Assembly: GCF_000017845.1 (NCBI RefSeq)
Contig: NC_010546.1
Span: 570,001 to 602,000, forward strand
Direction: 5' to 3'
Source: Crocosphaera subtropica ATCC 51142
GTDB lineage: Bacteria; Cyanobacteriota; Cyanobacteriia; Cyanobacteriales; Microcystaceae
Length of the DNA: 32,000 bases
Part shown: one piece after another, positions 8,859 to 17,395 of the stretch
Position numbering within the stretch: the first letter of the stretch is position 1
How the letters are laid out: every line of letters begins with the position of its first letter
Notes under the pieces: model-generated
Seen by the model: only the letters and a program-made list of their open reading frames with translations
What the model was told of the DNA's origin: nothing
Databases searched by the model: none
Translations under genes and position numbers: made by a program

Positions 8859-10287
8859 AGAAGGAATTACTAAAATAGAATGCCTTCTACAGAGCGATCA
8901 TAACGTTGTGAAAGCGGCCATTGAACCGTTAGTTTCTCGGCGTTCTTTAGCTCTTTTATTACTACAAAAAGATCCCTTATTATGGGATAAAGTCCGCCAA
9001 AGCGAACCTAAATTTGAAGCCATTGAAAGGGTGATAGAATCGGTACAATCTCAATTTAGTGATCCCTTGATGTTAGTGATAGCCAAAACCCGACATCAAG
9101 CTGCTAAAAAAATTGAAGAATCAGCCATTATCAAAATTAAGAAGAAGTCAACGGAAAGCGAAGAATTTTTTCATCGTTTAACCGTTAATCCAGTCACGGG
9201 ATTTCCCTTACTCTTTTTGATTGTTTATGTGGGAATTTATCAATTTGTTGGTGGCTTTGGGTCAGGGGTTTTAGTTAATAACTTTGAAGGGGTCTTTACT
9301 CAACAAATTAATCCCTTAATTGATGCGATCGCCAGTCGCTTATTACCCTGGACGATTTTACAAGATTTAGTGGCCAATGAACAGGGAATTTTAACATTAG
9401 GAATGCGCTACGTTATTGCTATTATTTTTCCCATTACCACCACATTCTTTTTGTTTTTTTCGATTCTTGAAGATAGTGGTTATTTGCCGAGAATTTCTCT
9501 GTTAATCGATCATTTATTTAAAATGATTGGCTTGTCAGGTCGTTCCATTATTCCTTTGATTTTAGGCTTAAGTTGTGGCAGCACAGGGTCGTTAGTAACC
9601 CAGACTATCGAAAGTAAACGAGAACGTTTTATTGTCTCTTTACTCTTAGCTTTGGTGATTCCTTGTTCAGCACAATTGGGAATTTTTATCGGACTCCTTT
9701 CCCAGAATTTCACGGCTTTAATTATCTGGGTAATGTGTATTACTTTTATTTTTGCCATTATTGGGGCATTAACCACCAAAGCACTACCGGGGAGTTTATC
9801 TTATTTTTATATGGAAATACCCCCTTTGCGCTTACCTCATTTTCGTTCTATTTTAACGAAAACCTATAGCCGAGTACGCTGGTATTTAAGTGAAGTAATT
9901 CCTTGGTTTATTTTAGCATCTGTTCTGATTTGGTTAGGAAAATTAACCGGATTATTGCTTTTATTAACAAAGGCAATAGAACCGATAATGCTAAAATTAG
10001 AGCTACCCCCAGAAGCTTCTATTATGTTTATTTATGGCTTTTTTCGACGGGATTATGGGGCAGCCGGAATGTTCGATTTACATCATTCTGGGGTGTTAAT
10101 GGGAAGACAATTAGTGGTTTCTGCTGTCACTTTAACCCTATTTATTCCTTGTTTATCTCAGTTTTTGTTTATGGTGAGGGAGCGAGGGCTAAAAACAACC
10201 ATTGCTTTGAGTAGTTTAGTGATTGTTTTTGCCTTTTCTATGGGCTATTGTCTGAACAAACTCTTGCTAATTTTGGAGATAATCTAA
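8824..10287 (+). CDS. feoB: Ferrous iron transporter FeoB, helical linker plus membrane (gate) domains
   Basis: Polytopic membrane protein. The YPTAIEEGI segment matches the region just after the FeoB G domain. This frame is open from 8806 and overlaps the G-domain ORF. Confidence 0.85.
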   Translation: MSTFLRYPTAIEEGITKIECLLQSDHNVVKAAIEPLVSRRSLALLLLQKDPLLWDKVRQSEPKFEAIERVIESVQSQFSDPLMLVIAKTRHQAAKKIEESAIIKIKKKSTESEEFFHRLTVNPVTGFPLLFLIVYVGIYQFVGGFGSGVLVNNFEGVFTQQINPLIDAIASRLLPWTILQDLVANEQGILTLGMRYVIAIIFPITTTFFLFFSILEDSGYLPRISLLIDHLFKMIGLSGRSIIPLILGLSCGSTGSLVTQTIESKRERFIVSLLLALVIPCSAQLGIFIGLLSQNFTALIIWVMCITFIFAIIGALTTKALPGSLSYFYMEIPPLRLPHFRSILTKTYSRVRWYLSEVIPWFILASVLIWLGKLTGLLLLLTKAIEPIMLKLELPPEASIMFIYGFFRRDYGAAGMFDLHHSGVLMGRQLVVSAVTLTLFIPCLSQFLFMVRERGLKTTIALSSLVIVFAFSMGYCLNKLLLILEII

Positions 10288-10541
10288 TGATGTTTACGCA
10301 AACCTTTACCATCGAATCTTCCGCTTTAAACCTCATGAAAGAAAAGGAAAAAGGCGTAATTACACAGTTTAGAAAAAGCGACGAAACTCTACTGAGAAAG
10401 CTCATTGCTATTGGAATTATGCCAGGACTTTCTATTACCTTAGAACAAAAAATTCCTTCCTATGTGGTGAAAGTTGAAGGAACAAGAATTGCTTTAGACC
10501 GCTCTATTGCTAAGGCAATTTATGTGAGAAAAACAAAGTAA
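10287..10541 (+). CDS. feoA: FeoA family protein
   Basis: Small SH3-like FeoA pattern (L..L.IGIMPG..I........P..V.V.G..IAL....A..I.V). The ATG overlaps the feoB stop (TAATG at 10285-10289). The ORF track's TTG start at 10248 is less likely. Confidence 0.75.
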   Translation: MMFTQTFTIESSALNLMKEKEKGVITQFRKSDETLLRKLIAIGIMPGLSITLEQKIPSYVVKVEGTRIALDRSIAKAIYVRKTK

Positions 10542-10544
10542 TGT

Positions 10545-10574
10545 GAGTTCGGAGTTCAGAGTTCGGTGTTAGGG
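10545..10574. repeat. GAGTTCG-family heptamer array after feoA
   Basis: GAGTTCG GAGTTCA GAGTTCG GTGTTAG, read directly. Confidence 0.75.
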
Positions 10575-10664
10575 AATTTGCAACGGAATTTTGTCTTACG
10601 TCGAATTCAGGTAAATAAGCTTTTCTCAAAGTTGTCGGTTGTTTAACCATTTATTTCAATAACA

Positions 10665-11477
10665 ATGAAGTTAGCCACGAAACAAAATCACTCACAATTT
10701 GCGTTTATTGTTTCTATTCCTATCGCCATTTTAGGAGGATTAATGGGCTTAGGAGGGGCTGAGTTTCGTCTGCCGATTTTAGCTGGTCCTCTGGGATATT
10801 CTGCTAGTCAAGTGGTTCCTCTCAACTTAGCCATTAGTTTAATTACTATTCTAATTTCTTTATTAGTGAGGGGAAAAATTTTATCCCTATCAACAGTTAT
10901 GCCGTATAGCCAAGTCATTATTTTCCTCATTGTTGGAGCAATGATTATGGCTTTTATTGGTGCAAGTTGGGCGAAACATTTATCCAACGAAAAACTAGAA
11001 AGAATTATTTTAGTCTTTTTAATTATTATTGGTTGCGCCTTAATGATTGAAGGATTTTTACCCGAAAGTTTACCCGCTTTAGTCCCTTCTATTCCTGGGT
11101 TACAAATTGTTGTCGCTTTAGGCTGTGGCCTAATCATTGGCTTAGTTAGTAGTCTGTTGGGAGTTGCTGGCGGAGAATTAATTATTCCGACCTTAATTTT
11201 TGCCTTTGGGGTAGACATAAAAATTGCCGGAACCAGCAGTTTACTCATCAGTTTACCCACAGTAATCGTCGGGTTACTTAGATATCATCATCAAGGATCT
11301 TTTGTCGACAAACAACCCCTACAAGATACAGTTTTGCCCATGGGGTTAGGATCGTTGATTGGTGCCATTATCGGTGGCCTATTAGTGGGTATTATTCCCT
11401 CTAACCTGCTAAAAATTGCCCTAGGTATTATCTTAAATATTGCAGCTTTGAAAGTGTTTCTACACAGCAAAGCTTAA
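10665..11477 (+). CDS. TauE/SafE (DUF81) family anion permease
   Basis: 270 aa, about 8 TM segments. Two internal repeats each begin with G-rich motifs (GLGGAEFRLP and GVAGGELIIP). Confidence 0.7.
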   Translation: MKLATKQNHSQFAFIVSIPIAILGGLMGLGGAEFRLPILAGPLGYSASQVVPLNLAISLITILISLLVRGKILSLSTVMPYSQVIIFLIVGAMIMAFIGASWAKHLSNEKLERIILVFLIIIGCALMIEGFLPESLPALVPSIPGLQIVVALGCGLIIGLVSSLLGVAGGELIIPTLIFAFGVDIKIAGTSSLLISLPTVIVGLLRYHHQGSFVDKQPLQDTVLPMGLGSLIGAIIGGLLVGIIPSNLLKIALGIILNIAALKVFLHSKA

Positions 11478-11506
11478 TTGTTTTTTTATTGATGTAAGGA
11501 AGTATC

Positions 11507-13462
11507 ATGACATTGGATTGGTCCCCCGTTTGGATATCATTAAAAACCGCAGCTTTGGCAACCCTTATTGCCTTTTTTCTGGGGGCGATCGCAGCTAGAA
11601 CGATGTTCAAATATCGGGGTAAAGCAAAAGGCTTAATCGATGGTATTTTTACCGCTCCCTTGGTACTTCCCCCCACCGTTGTCGGCTTTTTCTTATTATT
11701 ATTGTTAGGAAAATATGGCCCCATCGGTCGACTTTTAAGGGCATTTGATGTTACTATCATTTTTACTTGGTATGCTGCGGTAATTGCGGCTACGGTTGTC
11801 GCCTTCCCTTTGATGTATAAAACAGCATTGGGAGCCTTTCAACAGATTGATACCACCCTTCTGTCCTCGGCAAGAACCCTAGGGGCCACAGAATGGCAAG
11901 TATTCTGGAAAGTCCTGTTACCTCTCGCTAGACCCGGATTAATTGCAGGGGTATTGTTAGCCTTTGCCCGTGCGTTAGGAGAATTTGGGGCTACCCTAAT
12001 GTTAGCCGGGAGTATTCCAGGAAGAACCCAAACCATCCCCATTGCCATCTTTTTTGCAGCCGAAAGTGGGGATATGGCCGAAGCCATGCTCTGGGTGAGT
12101 GTCATGTTAGGCTTATCCCTCACCATTGTTGTAGCGGTGAACTATTGGAGCGATCGCCGTCCCGAAAAACGCATCAGAAAACGGGCAAAAGAAGGCCATC
12201 TCAGCTTAGTAGACGAAAGCCTCCTACCGTGGGATCATCCCGTTACCCCCTTAACCTGGGAATATAGCCGTACTAATGTTCTACCCAACCCCATCGAGTT
12301 AATTGTTGATATCCAGAAACAATTACCCGGTATTAAGATCAATGTTTCTTTTTCCACCAATCAACTGCCCCTAGGACTCTTAGGCGGCTCTGGTGCTGGC
12401 AAAAGCTTTATTTTGCGCTGTATTGCTGGTTTAGAAACCCCCGATCAGGGTTGTATTATCCTTAATGGTCGGGTGTTATTCGACTCTCGTAGAGGCATTA
12501 ATGTACCCATCCGCGATCGCCGAGTTGGTTTCCTATTTCAAAATTATGCCCTCTTTCCCCACCTTACCGTTGCTCAAAATATCGCTTTTGGCCTGCCGAA
12601 AGGGTTATCCTCTGTCGCCATTCGTCAACGGGTGGAAAAACAACTGATCGCGATACAATTACAAGGATTAGGCGATCGCTATCCACAAGAGCTATCAGGA
12701 GGACAACAGCAGAGAGTCGCTTTAGCCAGAGCCTTAGCCAGCGAACCGGACATCTTACTACTCGATGAGCCATTTTCTGCTCTTGACACTTATTTACGGG
12801 ATCAACTCGAAAAACTCCTGAGACTCAGTTTAACCCATTTTCCAGGGGCTACCCTCTTCGTTTCCCATAACCTAGAAGAAGCCTATCGTATTTGTCCTAA
12901 CCTCCTCATCTTAGACGAAGGACAGATCATTGCCCAAGGGCCAAAACAAGAAATCTTTGACTATCCCCATGACTTCCGAGTGGCACAACTAACTGGGTGT
13001 AAAAACTTCTCCCGTACCCTGGTTGCCTCAGAAAATGAAATCACTGCCCTGGACTGGGGATGTACCCTGAAAATTTATGAACCCATTCCCCCCCATTTAG
13101 CCCATCTGGGTATTCGGGCCCATCAATTGACCTTTCCAGATATTGATGGCATCAAAGACGGTTACAGCGACAATATTTTTCCTTGTTGGCTTACCAGTCA
13201 AAGTGAAACCCAACACCGAACAACGTTATACCTGAAGTTAAATTCTGCCCCCACCAGTCCCTTCGACTATCACCTACAGGCCGAAGTATTCAAAGACAAG
13301 TGGAACGAGTTAAAGGAACACCCTCAACCCTGGCGGATACAACTTCATCCCCTGCGCCTCATGCTACTACAGAATTCAAGCGGTTCCATATCTCTTGAAT
13401 ACAAACCTAGCCACTCGTCAAGAATGACTAGGGATGATCGATCAAATCAACACCCATCCTAA
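11507..13462 (+). CDS. modBC: Fused molybdate ABC transporter permease/ATPase ModB-ModC
   Basis: The N-terminal half is a CysT/ModB-type permease (EAA loop [23 protein letters not shown]). The C-terminal half is an ABC ATPase ([30 protein letters not shown]) with a TOBE-like tail. Confidence 0.85.
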   Translation: MTLDWSPVWISLKTAALATLIAFFLGAIAARTMFKYRGKAKGLIDGIFTAPLVLPPTVVGFFLLLLLGKYGPIGRLLRAFDVTIIFTWYAAVIAATVVAFPLMYKTALGAFQQIDTTLLSSARTLGATEWQVFWKVLLPLARPGLIAGVLLAFARALGEFGATLMLAGSIPGRTQTIPIAIFFAAESGDMAEAMLWVSVMLGLSLTIVVAVNYWSDRRPEKRIRKRAKEGHLSLVDESLLPWDHPVTPLTWEYSRTNVLPNPIELIVDIQKQLPGIKINVSFSTNQLPLGLLGGSGAGKSFILRCIAGLETPDQGCIILNGRVLFDSRRGINVPIRDRRVGFLFQNYALFPHLTVAQNIAFGLPKGLSSVAIRQRVEKQLIAIQLQGLGDRYPQELSGGQQQRVALARALASEPDILLLDEPFSALDTYLRDQLEKLLRLSLTHFPGATLFVSHNLEEAYRICPNLLILDEGQIIAQGPKQEIFDYPHDFRVAQLTGCKNFSRTLVASENEITALDWGCTLKIYEPIPPHLAHLGIRAHQLTFPDIDGIKDGYSDNIFPCWLTSQSETQHRTTLYLKLNSAPTSPFDYHLQAEVFKDKWNELKEHPQPWRIQLHPLRLMLLQNSSGSISLEYKPSHSSRMTRDDRSNQHPS

Positions 13463-13481
13463 TACAAGGAGGACACTTATT

Positions 13482-13778
13482 ATGGCAAGTTTAACTGGCC
13501 TCACCTTTGGTAAACTCGAATGGATTCCTAAATTTGTTGAAGCTATCAACAAAGATACCTGCCTCGGTTGCGGACGTTGTTTCAAAGTCTGCGGCCAAAA
13601 CGTCTTAGCCTTAATGGGAGTTAACGAAGACGGTGAGTTTGTAGACGAAGACGAAGATGACGACGATATCGAGCGTCAAGTCATGACTATTGGCAACAAA
13701 GCCAACTGTATCGGTTGTGAAGCTTGCGCCCGCATTTGTCCCAAAAACTGTTACACTCACGCCCCTTTACCTGTGTAA
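13482..13778 (+). CDS. fdxB: nif-type 2x[4Fe-4S] ferredoxin (ferredoxin III / FdxB-like)
   Basis: Two cluster motifs ([11 protein letters not shown] and [12 protein letters not shown]) are separated by an acidic insert. An AAGGAGG RBS precedes the ATG at 13482. The track start at 13434 overlaps modBC and is unlikely. Confidence 0.8.
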   Translation: MASLTGLTFGKLEWIPKFVEAINKDTCLGCGRCFKVCGQNVLALMGVNEDGEFVDEDEDDDDIERQVMTIGNKANCIGCEACARICPKNCYTHAPLPV

Positions 13779-13795
13779 GTCTCTTCGGTTAAGTT

Positions 13796-13825
13796 GGGTT
13801 GCGCTTCGGCGCACCCTTCTTTATT
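13796..13825 (+). terminator. Rho-independent terminator after the ferredoxin gene (end of the nif-linked + strand block)
   Basis: GGGTTGCGC-TTCG-GCGCACCC forms 8 bp with one bulged T, followed by TTCTTTATT. Confidence 0.6.
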
Positions 13826-13840
13826 AAATTGTAGGATAAA

Positions 13841-13865
13841 TGATATATACTGATAATATATATCA
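13841..13865. promoter_or_regulatory. Palindrome overlapping the putative vapBC promoter (candidate VapB operator)
   Basis: TGATATATA-N7-TATATATCA is a perfect 9-bp inverted repeat. A GATAAT -10-like hexamer lies in the spacer, 12-36 nt upstream of the vapB ATG. Confidence 0.35.
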
Positions 13866-13876
13866 AAACAATCGCC

Positions 13877-14113
13877 ATGAAACAAAAAACAGCTAAACTC
13901 TTTATGAATGGCCGTAGTCAAGCTGTGCGGTTGCCTCAAGAATTTCGATTTGAAGGGAAAGAAGTTTATATTCATAGAGTAGGAAATAAAGTGATCTTAT
14001 CTCCTAAACCGACTACCTGGGAAGACTTTTTTGAGAAAACCCCTTTACCCTCAGAAGATTTTATGGAACAAAGAATTGATTTCCCTCCTCAAACTAGAGA
14101 GGAACTATTCTAA
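13877..14113 (+). CDS. vapB: VapB-type antitoxin (AbrB/SpoVT fold)
   Basis: The [18 protein letters not shown] motif is typical of AbrB-type VapB. It lies directly upstream of a PIN gene. Confidence 0.85.
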   Translation: MKQKTAKLFMNGRSQAVRLPQEFRFEGKEVYIHRVGNKVILSPKPTTWEDFFEKTPLPSEDFMEQRIDFPPQTREELF

Positions 14114-14509
14114 ATGTATATGTTAGATACGAATATTTGTATCTATATCATTAAAAAGCGTCCATCTACAGTATTAACTCGTTTTCAAACTATTTCATCT
14201 GAAAACTTGTATATTTCTGTGATGACTGTAGCTGAATTACAATACGGTGTAGATAAATCGAATGCTAAAAGGAAGAATCAAGAGATTTTAGATGATTTTA
14301 TCTCACGCTTACAAGTTTTACCTTGGGAAGAAACAGCAGTACAATACTATAGCAAAATTCGTAATTATTTAGAAGCAAAAGGGACTTTTATTGGTAATAT
14401 GGATATGTTGATTGCAGCACATTGTCAAAGTAAAAACTATATCTTAGTTACTAATAATATTCGAGAATTTGAAAGAATTCCTGATCTAAAAGTAGAAAAC
14501 TGGATTTAG
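14114..14509 (+). CDS. vapC: VapC-type PIN-domain ribonuclease toxin
   Basis: PIN acidic residues are in the MLDTNICIY, VAELQYG, DMLIAAH and TNNIREF contexts. The start abuts the vapB stop. Confidence 0.88.
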   Translation: MYMLDTNICIYIIKKRPSTVLTRFQTISSENLYISVMTVAELQYGVDKSNAKRKNQEILDDFISRLQVLPWEETAVQYYSKIRNYLEAKGTFIGNMDMLIAAHCQSKNYILVTNNIREFERIPDLKVENWI

Positions 14510-14520
14510 GGTGATCTTGT

Positions 14521-14577
14521 AGGTTGGGTTGAGGAACGAAACCCAAAATATTATGAACTATTCCATTACTTTAATTT
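14521..14577 (+). repeat. Copy 1 of a roughly 57-nt dispersed element carrying the hairpin TTGGGTT-GAGGAACGA-AACCCAA
   Basis: Near-identical to 15280-15337: the first 28 nt are identical, and the rest has a few substitutions and indels. Confidence 0.85.
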
Positions 14578-14632
14578 GATTTTAATTTCTGTTATAATAC
14601 TTACTAAAAAGTTAAATTAAATAGAGATAAAT

Positions 14633-14869
14633 ATGATTGAAGCTCTTAATAAAGTAATGACAAAACTTGAGCAGTTACCTGAATCTGAACAAGAAAGAAT
14701 TGCTCAAATAATTCTTAATGAAGTAGAAAAACAAGAGTTAACAGTCTTATCTTCTGCTTCTTTTTCTCTGGAAAATCAGCCTTTTTTGGGAATGTGGAAA
14801 GATAGAAAAGAGATGCAAAATAGTTCTCAATGGGTACGTCAATTAAGACGAGAACAATGGCAAGTTTAA
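14633..14869 (+). CDS. Antitoxin of the second PIN-type TA pair (family not recognised)
   Basis: 78 aa, ending 1 nt before a PIN gene. The C-terminal FLGMWKDR..M..S..WVRQLRREQW motif recurs in cyanobacterial antitoxins. A TATAAT lies at 14593-14598. Confidence 0.65.
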   Translation: MIEALNKVMTKLEQLPESEQERIAQIILNEVEKQELTVLSSASFSLENQPFLGMWKDRKEMQNSSQWVRQLRREQWQV

Positions 14870-14870
14870 G

Positions 14871-15257
14871 ATGGTTTATATTTTGATAGATACAAATATT
14901 TTAATTGATGTCGCTAATGAAGATTTAACGGCAATTACCCGTTTAGTTGATGAGGCAAAAAAGGCAGTTTTATCAGTTTCTATTATTACTGTAGTGGAGT
15001 TAATCGTTGGGTGTCGTAATAAGTCTGAGTTACAAAAGTTAAATCATTTTTTAAGTCAATTTCATTACTTAACCCTGAATCAAGAAATTTCCGATTTAGG
15101 AATTCAATTAATGCAAGAATATTATTTAAGTCATGGTTTAATGATTCCTGATTCTTTAATTGCAGCAACAGCGATAGATTATAATATTGCTTTACTTAGT
15201 AAGAATCAGCGAGATTATTGTTTTATTCCCTCTCTAAATTTACTACATTATCCTTAA
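14871..15257 (+). CDS. PIN-domain toxin
   Basis: LIDTNILID, VVELIVG, IPDSLIAATA and NQRDY match the PIN acidic-residue pattern. Confidence 0.8.
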   Translation: MVYILIDTNILIDVANEDLTAITRLVDEAKKAVLSVSIITVVELIVGCRNKSELQKLNHFLSQFHYLTLNQEISDLGIQLMQEYYLSHGLMIPDSLIAATAIDYNIALLSKNQRDYCFIPSLNLLHYP

Positions 15258-15279
15258 TATATAGCAGCATTGAGCGAAT

Positions 15280-15337
15280 AGGTTGGGTTGAGGAACGAAA
15301 CCCAAAAATTATGATGAACTATTTCATTACATTAATT
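15280..15337 (+). repeat. Copy 2 of the roughly 57-nt hairpin element
   Basis: AGGTTGGGTTGAGGAACGAAACCCAAAA is shared exactly with 14521-14548. Confidence 0.85.
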
Positions 15338-15405
15338 CTATCTAAAATTTTCTCAAATTCTTTGATTTTAGAAGACAATATAATTACACCCTACAGCTTC
15401 ATATT

Positions 15406-15882
15406 ATGAATCAACTTTCTTGGTACGATGCCTCAGAAGACGTAAAAGAGTTATTAGTATTAGCCACAGATAACTGGGAAAATAGCAGTATATCTGAACA
15501 ATATATTAACCAAGCGTTAGAAAAAGCAGGGGATAATATGGATGTTTTGGTGGGTGCTTATCGTTTCTTTTTCTATAAAAATAAGCCAGAACTTGCCCTA
15601 CAAATTGCTAAAAAAGTCGTAAAAATTATTGAAGAAAAAGAAAGCTTACCGTTAGAATGGGAACAACTGCAACCTATTTTAATGAAGCGTCAACAAGAAC
15701 CCAATATCAGACTTTATCTTAATGCTTATGCGTCTCAAGGTTATATTTTTGCTAAAATGGGTCAAATTGAAACAGCGAAATTAATCACTGAACGGGTTCA
15801 AGAAATTGATGAACATCGGGAGTCTTGTGCGACAACTGTATTTGAAGTATTAACAAAAAATCCTGATGATAATGATGATTAA
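15406..15882 (+). CDS. Hypothetical helical protein with an acidic C-terminus
   Basis: 158-aa ORF with coding-like composition and possible TPR-like helices. I recognised no family. Confidence 0.5.
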   Translation: MNQLSWYDASEDVKELLVLATDNWENSSISEQYINQALEKAGDNMDVLVGAYRFFFYKNKPELALQIAKKVVKIIEEKESLPLEWEQLQPILMKRQQEPNIRLYLNAYASQGYIFAKMGQIETAKLITERVQEIDEHRESCATTVFEVLTKNPDDNDD

Positions 15883-15966
15883 ATAGGCTGTTTCTCAGGA
15901 AAAAAATAGGGTATTTTCGATGGAATTTTATGGAAAACACTGTTTTTACAACGAATAACCCTCGAT

Positions 15967-16167
15967 TTGAATATTTGTCACGGTAAACCTTCCATTAGAG
16001 GGTTGCGTTATCCAGTTGAATTTATTCTAGAATTACTGAGTTCTGGCATGAGTATAGAGGATATATCAGGGGACTACGATGACTTAGAACGAGATGATAT
16101 TCTAGCTGCGTTGCTGTTTACCACTCGGTTAACTCAAATCAAAAGCATCCACCAAATTTCACCATGA
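15967..16167 (+). CDS. DUF433-family antitoxin-like protein, N-terminus unclear
   Basis: NICHGKPSIRGLRYPVEFIL...DYDDLERDDILAAL matches the DUF433 core. There is no in-frame ATG. The nearest ATG (15930) is in another frame, so the start is either TTG or lost by a frameshift. Confidence 0.55.
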   Translation: MNICHGKPSIRGLRYPVEFILELLSSGMSIEDISGDYDDLERDDILAALLFTTRLTQIKSIHQISP

Positions 16168-16370
16168 AATTCTTAGTTGATGCTCAATTACCAGTTCGTT
16201 TAGCCCGTTTTTTAGAGACTGGTGGTTACAAAAAAAAGCTTAAGAATTGTCCGAGAAACCCAAAACCTACTACTAGAATGAAACCAGACACGACGCTTAA
16301 GGTTTATTACCTATTATTAAGGAGACATCATGACAGTATCTCGTCAAGAACAATATTTTACTTTAATTGA
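16164..16370 (+). pseudogene. Remnant of a DUF5615 (Mut7-C/PIN-like) toxin gene; only the first roughly 22 codons are recognisable
   Basis: MKFLVDAQLPVRLARFLETGGY is the canonical DUF5615 N-terminus. After the A8 run at about 16230 the translation becomes unrelated low-complexity sequence. Confidence 0.55.
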
Positions 16371-16581
16371 TCAATTAATGCGTTGTCCTAATGGAGAAGA
16401 ACCCAACTTATTAACAGCAAATAGTGAATTAATCGATCAGGGCTTTATTGAATCTTTGGTACAAGTTTCTACTATGATGGCTCACGAAAATAACCCCGAT
16501 GGTGCCAAATTTTTGATTCATGTTGCCCGTGAATTAGCGAAAGAATTAGGGTTATATCCTGAAGCTCCTGCGAATAGTTAA
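16330..16581 (+). CDS. Hypothetical small protein resembling the N-terminal module of cyanobacterial TPR/CHAT proteins
   Basis: 83 aa with an AAGGAG RBS 7 nt upstream. The motif LMRCPNGEEPNLLTANSELIDQGF is seen at the N-termini of large cyanobacterial proteins, as far as I recall. Confidence 0.55.
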   Translation: MTVSRQEQYFTLIDQLMRCPNGEEPNLLTANSELIDQGFIESLVQVSTMMAHENNPDGAKFLIHVARELAKELGLYPEAPANS

Positions 16582-16644
16582 AACAGTAAGCAGTGAACAT
16601 TGACCAAGAAATTTAACTGGTAATTGTTCACTGTATGAAAGATA

Positions 16645-17304
16645 ATGTTAAAGAATATTGTATCTATTTTTCTACAAGAAAGTTGCCCTCTATGTGAAAG
16701 AGCAACCTCTGAAGAAATTTGTAATTATTGTCAGAAACAATTAAAAAGTTGTCAATTTAAAAAGCCTCATAAATTCTGGCAAGGAGACTTACCTGTATTT
16801 GTTTGGGGAACATACGACGGAAAATTAAAACAAGCGATCGCAGCTTTAAAATACGATAAACATCCCAAAATAGGTGAACTTTTGGGGGTTTGGTTAGCAG
16901 ACACTTGGCTAAACTATGCTTTAATTCATCCTAAACTATCCCCGTTAATGATTCCTATTCCTCTTCATAAAACCAAAGAAAAAATCCGAGGATTTAATCA
17001 ATCAGAAGTCATAGCGAGAGGATTTTGTCAAGTCACAAAATACCCGTTAAACACCAATGGTTTAATTAGAGTTCGTCAAACAAAAGCTATGTTTGGTTTA
17101 ACCGTTAAAGAAAAAGAAGAAAATATTAAAGAAGCATTTCAATTAGGAAAATCCTTACAACATACAACCTTATCTAGACCCGTTTTATTAATGGATGATA
17201 TTTATACCACAGGAACAACCATTAAAGAAGCCACTAGAATTTTACAAAATCAAGGGATAAAAGTATTAGGGGTGGTTGCCGTCTGCACTCCACGTCATTT
17301 ATAA
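16645..17304 (+). CDS. comF: ComF family protein (phosphoribosyltransferase domain)
   Basis: N-terminal CxxC...CxxC zinc finger, plus the PRTase motif LLMDDIYTTGTT. Confidence 0.8.
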   Translation: MLKNIVSIFLQESCPLCERATSEEICNYCQKQLKSCQFKKPHKFWQGDLPVFVWGTYDGKLKQAIAALKYDKHPKIGELLGVWLADTWLNYALIHPKLSPLMIPIPLHKTKEKIRGFNQSEVIARGFCQVTKYPLNTNGLIRVRQTKAMFGLTVKEKEENIKEAFQLGKSLQHTTLSRPVLLMDDIYTTGTTIKEATRILQNQGIKVLGVVAVCTPRHL

Positions 17305-17395
17305 TATACCTCAAACAGTACCCTATAATAACGTCCATTCAGTTAAGGTTAATCGAACATAGACGAATTAATTGTTTTTAACTCATTTAAAAACT

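Noticed and set aside
9510-10214. ORFs 9510-9779(-), 9663-9869(+) and 9903-10214(+) within feoB
   Set aside because: All lie inside the FeoB membrane-domain frame. They are out-of-frame or antisense shadows.
11478-11506. Possible Moco riboswitch upstream of modBC
   Set aside because: The gap is only 29 nt, far too short for the roughly 140-nt Moco motif. The 123-nt gap before the TauE gene shows no matching structure that I could see.
10808-12773. Antisense or alternative-frame ORFs within the TauE and modBC genes (10808-11260, 11428-11760, 11839-12126, 12465-12647, 12564-12773)
   Set aside because: The + strand frames have clear permease and ABC ATPase motifs. These ORFs are shadows.
13434-13481. 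Upstream extension of the ferredoxin ORF overlapping modBC
   Set aside because: The ATG at 13482 has an AAGGAGG RBS and gives the expected length of about 98 aa. The extension has no homology.
13757-13975. 72-aa minus-strand ORF across the terminator and the vapB start
   Set aside because: It spans a terminator hairpin and promoter palindrome and lies antisense to vapB. It does not look like coding sequence.
15218-15409. 63-aa ORF covering the second hairpin element (translation contains GWVEERNPK)
   Set aside because: The sequence is a repeat element also present non-coding at 14521-14577, so the ORF is an artefact of the repeat.
13779-16600. Calling the TA island a mobile genetic element
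   Set aside because: No integrase, transposase, tRNA target or terminal inverted repeats are visible. Only cassette-boundary repeats are present, so it is reported as an island or finding rather than a mobile element.
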